A DNA stretch of 37,298 bases, from positions 1 through 37,298 of the forward strand of contig LT649329.1 of assembly GCA_900128395.1 (NCBI GenBank), written 5' to 3'. This DNA comes from Stramenopiles sp. TOSAG23-2. Its lineage: Eukaryota. The position numbers and the translations under genes were made by a program. The notes under the pieces were generated by a model. The model did no database searches, was not told the origin of the DNA, and saw only the letters and a program-made list of their open reading frames with translations. Every line of letters begins with the position of its first letter. The first letter of the stretch is position 1. Shown here piece after piece: positions 30,601 to 37,298 of this stretch.

Positions 30601-32279
30601 CGATAACCTCTAATTTTCACTTGGCTATCTGCACGACCGATGAAAACAACAGAGCCATCTTTGTCTTCACGAACAAGATCCCCCGTCTTATATATACGAG
30701 CTCCATCTACAAAAACAAATTTCGAAGCAGTTTTCACAGGGGCATTCAAATATCCTAATGTAACACCTTTTCCACCGATACAAAGTTCACCTTCTTCGCC
30801 ATTTTTCACTACTTTCATAGTTTCATCACGAATCGAGACGGTGTAACCCGGTAATCCATTTCCAATGCTTACAGGTTTTCCAGCAAATAATTCAGCATAA
30901 GTAGCGGAGACAGTAGTTTCAGTTGGACCATACATATTGAAAAATCTTCTACCAGGTTGCCATTTTTCAACAACAGGTGCTGTACATTGCTCCCCGCCGA
31001 CAATAACGATTCGTAACAATGGCAGATCATATCCAGTACCCATAATTGTTAAATTAGTGGGAGTAGTATCTAAAATTGTAATGCCGAGTTCATTGATTGT
31101 TAACTTTAAATCTGCCCCAGATTGCATCATTTCTGGTGTACCAACGACAAGTGTTGCGCCTCCACTAAATGCCATCCAAATTTCGCCATAAGATGCATCA
31201 AACGCAGTGCTGTAACCTTGAAAAATACGATCATTTGAATTGCTTGAAAAAAGTTGCTTCAACACGTTAATGTAATGGCTTGCATTTCTGACCGATACCA
31301 TGACTCCTTTCGGGATACCAGTAGTTCCACTAGTATAAATAATATACGCTATTTTTGGATTTATCGTAAAATTTGCATCAATATAGTTAAGCTTCGTCAT
31401 TTTGTTCCCTCCTTTATTACTATTGATTTTTTTTTTATTGGTATTGATATTACTACCAATTGAAGAGTGGATAATGTTAGTATCTTGTAATACTACATGT
31501 CCTAATGAAGTTTTGATTTTTTCCATCATTGCATAATCACTTGAAGTTAGTGATTTCTCATTATTATTATCTTTACTAGCACCATTATTTTTATTTCCAT
31601 TATTATTATTATTTGATTCTTTTTTTTCTCCTCCATCATGTTTCAATAAAGAAAACAGCCCTTCCGTTTCTCGTATAATAACTGCAGCACCAGAGTTTTG
31701 CAGTGTAAATAATACACGTGTTTGCGGAAAGCCCGTATCTATCGGTACGTATGAACATTGCGCCTTTAAAATTCCTAACATTGAAATGTAAACGTTGACT
31801 CCGCGTTTTACAAATATTGCTACTACGCTCCCTTTGACAATATCCATCGACTGTAAGGTCTCTGCTATTTTATTTGCCTTGTTTAATATCATTTCATACT
31901 GGTAAACAACACCATTTTCCTCAACAGCTGAAAGTTTTGGGTTCTTTTTGCAAACACTTTCAAACACTTCATGTGGCTTCACAAAAGCCTCTTTTTTTGC
32001 TTCTTCAACTTCATTATTATGTTCATCGTAAGTGAAGCTTGCTCTTAACGTTCGAAATGGGGAAGGATTGGGCCACAGCCGCGAATTTGGTGACATCACA
32101 GCATTTTGAGCTTTAGCAAGTGAACCTGCAGACACAGACCGACCAATTTCACCTAATGTTCTTTCTTTGTTTTCATCAAATGATGTTGAATATTGATATT
32201 GTGAACTAACATTGTTTACATTCAACAATGGCGTCTTAATTGATGGGTCGCTACCGACTTTCTTATGCCGGCTAAACAT
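27621..32279 (-). CDS. Pls/PosA-family membrane-bound single-module NRPS-like homo-poly(amino acid) synthetase
   Basis: First ATG is at 32279. A-domain cores: YIIYTSGTTGIPKG, FDASYGEIW, NMYGPTETT, GELCIGGKGVTLGYL, YKTGDL, GRADSQVKIRGYRVELEDIE, LPKYMIP, SGKVLR. T domain IFDYGFNS. Three pairs of TM helices alternate with three hexapeptide beta-helix domains (LLGSKIGENV; GMDVGEGSEI; LFGVDIGENV...LQTHLYEDR). No C or TE domain. Confidence 0.92.
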   Translation of the reverse strand: MFSRHKKVGSDPSIKTPLLNVNNVSSQYQYSTSFDENKERTLGEIGRSVSAGSLAKAQNAVMSPNSRLWPNPSPFRTLRASFTYDEHNNEVEEAKKEAFVKPHEVFESVCKKNPKLSAVEENGVVYQYEMILNKANKIAETLQSMDIVKGSVVAIFVKRGVNVYISMLGILKAQCSYVPIDTGFPQTRVLFTLQNSGAAVIIRETEGLFSLLKHDGGEKKESNNNNNGNKNNGASKDNNNEKSLTSSDYAMMEKIKTSLGHVVLQDTNIIHSSIGSNINTNKKKINSNKGGNKMTKLNYIDANFTINPKIAYIIYTSGTTGIPKGVMVSVRNASHYINVLKQLFSSNSNDRIFQGYSTAFDASYGEIWMAFSGGATLVVGTPEMMQSGADLKLTINELGITILDTTPTNLTIMGTGYDLPLLRIVIVGGEQCTAPVVEKWQPGRRFFNMYGPTETTVSATYAELFAGKPVSIGNGLPGYTVSIRDETMKVVKNGEEGELCIGGKGVTLGYLNAPVKTASKFVFVDGARIYKTGDLVREDKDGSVVFIGRADSQVKIRGYRVELEDIETHISGVEGCKSVVVAVQKNPVSNAQELVAFIVTSDETSFNPTDARRYLKTVLPKYMIPNAFVRITVDEIPHSNISGKVLRGKLPYWSTLELLVDPRLSFGDDSVGESKDSQPKTSTEHYIANILLNILQIKIPMAENIFDYGFNSVSGALLISKCRNEKNWSFLKMKDVYEYTSPRALSAYIDSCIVETKIGIKGFDIGADVNTIPLLRTTELDSFYNKRRKFLVVFLQMMVYIWFALLLNLVMLVQQFVLNNVPTWVYFVQLICVPVVIPPILFLQAVFIKWFFIGRIKEADYPLYSLNYFKWWLLHRMVINPLFLPGHSLAVLSSRLLGSKIGENVYLACTPFFETDLVEIGNNVTLQPDAVIQTWVVEKHILKLRKIKIGNNVYVGERSTIALGSIVGDDTIVHPLTITAKFSNYEKNTEIQGAPGKMIKNNSSTTSPLKRQLMNLKSNSQQQSTCGSFFVQIGILFILAIQMMLFSIAFIAPVGLLYYTVPSFQTALLNFDCLPLFKWVPLCALIQQFLTVFFLCLVKRVVSGNSQYEGLVTLDSFEYLRRFVAQYAIRMLMTGPSRGLTETVFMRFTLRYGMGMDVGEGSEIDVSNWGPKPELVHCGKHCMINGGALLGIAPVYYGQLLLRRSSLGEKTFLGNMSVVPQGSMIKGNTLLGVMSVSPKNMEQGSTYLGSPSFKLPSRKVWRNEMQSTETDLTFNPPFYMRILRLVMNLIKIITQMTMIFAIMLLYMYIFNYVDNQFDVETSDNLLYLSFWIKFSWWLLISLTYAIVIVLVCALGKWLVVCKYRPIQVPMWSCFIWRSDISYEMEIFMRGAVRVFDGTPVINIIYRLFGVDIGENVFLFGATFMEHDLTHIGDNSVVTGGTLQTHLYEDRFYKTGHVNLGKNSLVAPGGFALYDSEMGQNSSLSSHSLLMRNETFEKNQRYFGLPSSSNTSNNLSYEEALGEYNSTLDEYKKIQNKLHDAKIALHDARVRGH

Positions 32280-32786
32280 TCTTATCGCTGATATTGTCAA
32301 TTCTTTTTTATAACTTGTTGAATTATGTTCTTTCTTCTTATATCTTTCTTCTTATACGTGTATTTCTAATTTTTATTATATCGAGAAAAGATTCTCATTA
32401 TTATTTTTCTTAGGTGCTTAGGTTAGTTATTAATATTATATGGGTTTTGCCAGGATTACCTGGATTTTTTTGTTGATGTATGAGGAGATATTTCGCAAAT
32501 TTGTGGATAATATGCAGTGCATATCTATTAGAATCTATGAAAACGAAATTAAAGAATATGGCCAATAATACGCACACTATAACACGGCTCAAGTGCTACT
32601 CAGTACTATAGTGTTTTGCTCCTATTAATATTATATTAAAAAAAGCTTTTAAAGGAAATGATTTTAATCTTTGTGTGGTAAAAATGGCATTTCTTGTTTT
32701 TTGTACAGATGATAAAGAAAAAAATTCGAATAAAAAAATCTAGACGACTACATATACGCGGTTTTATCTTCGTTCTCTCTCCCTTT

Positions 32787-32813
32787 CTCACTCACTCACT
32801 CACTCACTCACTC
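32787..32813. repeat. (CTCA)6+ microsatellite
   Basis: ctca repeated six times plus ctc, just downstream of the stop of the last gene. Confidence 0.9.
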
Positions 32814-32846
32814 CCACTACACACAAAATTCTCTCTCTCTCAAAAT

Positions 32847-35800
32847 TTAATACGGCAAATTTAACACTACAACATTCACATCATGTTCTTCTCTTAATAA
32901 ACGCGTAGTTGATAAAATAATACTACGTATCGTTCTCCATTCTTCTGGTAAATTAAATTCAGCATCTTGCTTATTTAGTGGACCTTCTTTATTACCCAAA
33001 TATGGTTTTGGTTCACCTTTACTATTTTGTTTTGGTTTCTTCATCGCATTTTTAAAAACAATAATATCACGTGCAGATGCTTTTTTTGCCCAATTGAACA
33101 CATTTGTAAAAGTTGTCAATGCAAGTCGAAAATTTACGGATGGAACAAATAAAATACATATATCAGGGCGAAAGCCGATAATATGAAATAATATTTCACT
33201 ACATTCTACCATATCAGCAAATGTTAAAACTAGGATGATAGGCTTTTTACCATTGTTATCACTAAAGTTTTCAAACCATGACAATGCAGCAGATGCACTT
33301 TTTATCCTATATTGAACATGAATAAAATGAAACAATTCTTTTATGCTCATACCGTTATTAAACATAGTATCTCGTGGATAATCCCCATGTTTTATCAATG
33401 GTGTTTGAAATGGGACGTTGTCACAATGGGCAGCGTAACGACGATTTATAAAATTATAAAAATATGTGGATGATGAAAAAAGTCTTTTTTCATGAAATTT
33501 TAAATGATCAACATCATCTGGGTTTGGATTCATAGGATGGTGGTGACCACCAGTTAATTCAGTAGCCCTGTGGTTGATTTCATATATAAGTCTACGAATC
33601 AAAATTTTTTTACGGACTTTTTCATTAGTTTGTTGCAGTACTGGACGCCTCGTTTTAAATGCAAGTGACAAAAATTGTGGTATTTTAATAGATTTTCCAT
33701 AATGTAAAGATTTCACTTTCATATCAACTTCTGCCAAAGGCTGGGAAGTATTAATCTTACTTTCATCCACCTCCTTATTTGCATTCTCTACAGCGTCACC
33801 ATCCCCTTTCTCCACTCCTTTCGCTTGCTGCTGCTGCTGTTGTTGTTGTTGTTGCTTTTTGCTGTTTTTACGCATTTTTTTCTTACTCCTATCAGGAACT
33901 CTTTTTCTATTTTCTATTTTGCATTTAAATGGAAAAATTAACGAATGTGATCGTGTCACATCACACATTTCTATTAATTGATCTTCGTATGGTAAAAACA
34001 TCAATAATGGGGACGATACAAATAAAAGCGGTGCTTCGTGTTTCCGCATGGACCGTAATTCATTCGGTACAACCACACGCCGGGTGAATAATGATGCAAA
34101 GAAACCTATTTGCCCATGTTCCGTTGGTATATCATCCTTGGTACTTCCTTTAATTGGTATTGCGTGTACTTTTTGGTATTCTTCAGCATTTTCAATAATA
34201 GTACTCGCTACCTTCTTAAAGTGCAAGCCGTCAACTGCATTTATTAAATTGATACGAGATGATATCGAATCATCGCGTTTTGTAACAACAGACATTCGTT
34301 TCTTCGATGCCTGGATACTATTATCACGTTGATGCACATCTGATTTTTTCCTTACCATATTCACAACTATTTTTTGCGTCTCTATAGGGAAACGGACATA
34401 ATTTATATTCTCATGTGGTACATCATTCATAAGTGAAATGACAAAGTCATTTTTTATGCCACCATCTTCTTCTTGTGGGCTTCCATCGTCTTTTACCGGC
34501 GATGCATTATAGATACTATCATCATTTTCAAACATATCCATATCTACTTGTACACTAATCTTTCGCTGCATTATACTCTCTTTTGGGGGGTCAACCTCGG
34601 TCAACATAGCAATTGAACGACATCCGCTTTGAGGAGAATAAATCATGATAAAATTTTCAACATTGATTACATATACAAGCCTTAATAAGTTTTCAATATC
34701 TACTATTCCATTGGCATCATCAACATTGCCATCGTAAATGTTACTCAATATTGCTTCAAAATTCATATCAACTGGATTTGGTTGGGGTTGCTCCCCACGT
34801 ATAGATGCTGTGCGCCTCCATTGCATTGTATGTGCCAAATCGAATAAATTTCGCTTTATTAACCCGTAAATTTCTTTTGGACTCTTCTTTTTACTATATC
34901 CTTCCGCTGATAGTTGTATTCTATATAAACAACTACTGCAAAATTCACATGTGACAATGTCACTATCATAGCCTGTAACGATGCTATCCCACTTCGTCCT
35001 GGCATCTTTCATGGTTTCTTTCACTACACGTGTGCTTTTTCCATTGTGTACTAATTTGTAATTGTAAGTAAAAAGTGGGGATAATATATAGCTGTTTTCT
35101 TGATTATCATCAAAAATTTCTACTTTATCATTATTTTTATTCTTGTTGGCATTACTACTACTTGTACTTGCGTTTGAAAATTGAGAACGTCGTAACATTT
35201 CCCGTTGACTTTGAATGTAAAGATCAAATATATAAATATATTTATTCACCTTTGTCCGCGGCAAGGCAAAATGCAACAGCATTGCTCGACTAAGTATGCC
35301 AAATAAGCGATTAGCTGTCTTAATATTTACCGTTCGTAGCAAAGGTACATTTGAGCCATCAACAAATAAATATACAAATAAATCAATCGCTTCGCTCCAA
35401 TGCATAACGCATCGTTTTAGATTTCCTTTTAAATAATTCAATTCTGCCATTAATAAACAACTATTTATATGATCAATTGGAATTCCCATTGTACGAGTGC
35501 GTGAATATGCAAATGTAGCAGGATGTTCCAAATCTGAAAATTTATATGCAATACGTCTATTTTGGACATCTCCATCAACTGTCTTCTCTAATAAACAAAT
35601 AGGAACTTTAGAATTGCTTCTTTTGTGAAGCGTATTATTGTTGTTCTTCTCATTGTCCTTAGTGCTATTGTTGTTACAGCCTGAAAATAAAATATCAACC
35701 GGTGCTTCATGAAAATAATCTCTAATAAGCACATGGGTTTGTACACTAGCAATTTCCAAAGCCATTCTAGTGGCACCAACATGGTCGCCAATAGATGAAT

Positions 35801-37298
35801 AAATGTCAAATGCTTTTCTATAAGCTTTGACACAATGCTTAACACTGTCGCTAATATTATTCAAAACAATCTGTTCACGTTTATCTTCCTCTTTTGACAA
35901 TACTATATTCATAATTATAGGAAATTCAACGTTAACATTCCCAAGCCGCGTTGCATGTTCGTAGATATCCCCTTCGAATTCGTAATTTTTCGCTTGCTGT
36001 AATTTTGTATTATTGCCATGAGCTCGTTCTCGTTTATGCCATTGAATAAATACATTCAAAGCATTATCGACGCATTTCTTTTCTAATTCATATTTAGCTT
36101 TAAGCCATTCATATACAGGGGGATCCAGAGGTTCAAATAAATTACGGAAAAACGAATTAATTAAACGGCCAGCACTACCAAAACCTTTGCGATTTTTTTT
36201 CTTTTTCATTGAAACCTCATTCATGTTTTTCTCTAAATCACTTTTATGGAGAAACTCTTTCTTCACCTTTTCTTCCAATTTTGTTTCCATATATTTTATA
36301 CGATTTAAAATTATTAATGCGCGACTTGGTGCACCTGCTTGTAAAAATGTTTCAGCTAACCATAAATGTACCACCTGCAATTTTCCATCTACATTATCAA
36401 TATCTTCAACATCATCGATTTCAATGGATTGTGCTAAACGTAATAATATGGTAGATGCATATCCTGGCCAACCAGCATTCAAACAAAATCGTGCTAAAGT
36501 AATCTCTAACGATTGTACACTTTCTAGCAAATTTTTTCGGTCCATTTGCCTCATTAAATTATCTTTTGTAATGCCTTTTTCTATATCTCGTTTTAAACGT
36601 TTATATTTAAAACGCATGTACTTTATCCATGTTTTCAATTCATTTTTGCCTTTTGAAAATTCACCTTGACAACATCTTATTTTAGCAATTGCTTCTACCA
36701 TATACATATATTCATTTTTATTTTCAAAATATTTACATTGTTGAAATATGTCCAGGTGATATTTTGCAGCACGTGTGTAATCAGCCATTTCGTAACATTT
36801 TACGGCTAAATCTCGTAACGCTTTTTTATATTCCCTTTTATTATTTCCATTATCACTTTCGGTATTATTATTTTCACTACTCAATTCAATTTGTTCAAGA
36901 ACAGACGTTGATTGAAAAATGTCTTCTACTTTAAAATCAGTTCCATGTTTTGGCTGTAATGTTTCTACTTTTAATATTAAATCGCGTATCTCCTCTGGGA
37001 GTTCTTCCATCAATATTTCCCCAGGGGCTATAATACGTTTTGTTGAAGCACGCTTGCTTTCGCCTTCCTTAATAGCGGACAGTAAAAAATTAGAAGCTTG
37101 CATATTTTCATCATGCTCGTCATCATCCTCAGCGGAAAATACAGCCCTCAATTTTAGAAATTGATTAGAAACTGTAGAAGAGCTCCCGTCATCATCTTTT
37201 ACCGTTGTTACACTGGGAGTTTTATTGTCACTTGCTAGACTGTTAGTGTTATCATTATCGATCATAGTATCCCAGTCTTCTTCCTCCTCTGAGTCTAA
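32847..37298 (-). CDS. Large TPR-like alpha-solenoid protein with a C-terminal CHAT/separase-like segment; probably 5'-partial
   Basis: 1472-aa ORF from ATG 37265, but the frame is open to the window end. TPR-like helices (LAVKCYEMADYTRAAKYH, LWLAETFLQAGAPSRAL, LLMAELNYLKGNLKRC). Motif PLLFVSSPLLMFLPYEDQL...VTRSHSL. Confidence 0.8.
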   Translation of the reverse strand, partial: LDSEEEEDWDTMIDNDNTNSLASDNKTPSVTTVKDDDGSSSTVSNQFLKLRAVFSAEDDDEHDENMQASNFLLSAIKEGESKRASTKRIIAPGEILMEELPEEIRDLILKVETLQPKHGTDFKVEDIFQSTSVLEQIELSSENNNTESDNGNNKREYKKALRDLAVKCYEMADYTRAAKYHLDIFQQCKYFENKNEYMYMVEAIAKIRCCQGEFSKGKNELKTWIKYMRFKYKRLKRDIEKGITKDNLMRQMDRKNLLESVQSLEITLARFCLNAGWPGYASTILLRLAQSIEIDDVEDIDNVDGKLQVVHLWLAETFLQAGAPSRALIILNRIKYMETKLEEKVKKEFLHKSDLEKNMNEVSMKKKKNRKGFGSAGRLINSFFRNLFEPLDPPVYEWLKAKYELEKKCVDNALNVFIQWHKRERAHGNNTKLQQAKNYEFEGDIYEHATRLGNVNVEFPIIMNIVLSKEEDKREQIVLNNISDSVKHCVKAYRKAFDIYSSIGDHVGATRMALEIASVQTHVLIRDYFHEAPVDILFSGCNNNSTKDNEKNNNNTLHKRSNSKVPICLLEKTVDGDVQNRRIAYKFSDLEHPATFAYSRTRTMGIPIDHINSCLLMAELNYLKGNLKRCVMHWSEAIDLFVYLFVDGSNVPLLRTVNIKTANRLFGILSRAMLLHFALPRTKVNKYIYIFDLYIQSQREMLRRSQFSNASTSSSNANKNKNNDKVEIFDDNQENSYILSPLFTYNYKLVHNGKSTRVVKETMKDARTKWDSIVTGYDSDIVTCEFCSSCLYRIQLSAEGYSKKKSPKEIYGLIKRNLFDLAHTMQWRRTASIRGEQPQPNPVDMNFEAILSNIYDGNVDDANGIVDIENLLRLVYVINVENFIMIYSPQSGCRSIAMLTEVDPPKESIMQRKISVQVDMDMFENDDSIYNASPVKDDGSPQEEDGGIKNDFVISLMNDVPHENINYVRFPIETQKIVVNMVRKKSDVHQRDNSIQASKKRMSVVTKRDDSISSRINLINAVDGLHFKKVASTIIENAEEYQKVHAIPIKGSTKDDIPTEHGQIGFFASLFTRRVVVPNELRSMRKHEAPLLFVSSPLLMFLPYEDQLIEMCDVTRSHSLIFPFKCKIENRKRVPDRSKKKMRKNSKKQQQQQQQQQQAKGVEKGDGDAVENANKEVDESKINTSQPLAEVDMKVKSLHYGKSIKIPQFLSLAFKTRRPVLQQTNEKVRKKILIRRLIYEINHRATELTGGHHHPMNPNPDDVDHLKFHEKRLFSSSTYFYNFINRRYAAHCDNVPFQTPLIKHGDYPRDTMFNNGMSIKELFHFIHVQYRIKSASAALSWFENFSDNNGKKPIILVLTFADMVECSEILFHIIGFRPDICILFVPSVNFRLALTTFTNVFNWAKKASARDIIVFKNAMKKPKQNSKGEPKPYLGNKEGPLNKQDAEFNLPEEWRTIRSIILSTTRLLREEHDVNVVVLNLPY

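Noticed and set aside
27621-32279. NRPS-like gene as bacterial contamination
   Set aside because: It has the same AT-richness and poly-Asn inserts as neighbouring eukaryotic genes, a eukaryote-like terminal extension, and no gap between it and either flanking gene. Read mapping would still be the decisive test.
315-37164. Numerous 60-160-aa antisense or overlapping ORFs in the ORF track
   Set aside because: They are shadows of long coding genes or AT-rich low-complexity intergenic DNA, with no motifs.

Overview
AT-rich eukaryotic (protist) genomic scaffold with one 29-N gap. It uses the standard code, and its long ORFs need no introns and carry Asn/Gln-rich inserts. A stramenopile-like origin is an inference from protein style only. 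There are 11 intact-looking genes (the first and last run off the window edges) plus a frameshifted ankyrin/coiled-coil locus. Housekeeping genes: RRP41, COQ3, mitochondrial-type ProRS and a Sec1/Munc18 protein with an unusual MGNQC acylation-type N-terminus. Main highlights: (1) a complete membrane-bound Pls/PosA-family single-module NRPS-like homo-poly(amino acid) synthetase (A-T-6TM-3 beta-helix domains) with a eukaryote-style N-terminal extension and a non-Pls substrate pocket; (2) tail-to-tail with it, a signal-peptide-bearing TPR-GT41(OGT-like)-TPR-GT4-like double glycosyltransferase; (3) a ~950-bp non-coding element with 16-bp terminal inverted repeats, four identical 23-bp hairpins and a 98-bp tandem duplication at each end. 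Intergenic DNA repeatedly shows mirrored clusters of short motifs and a recurrent TACCTGGTA palindrome.
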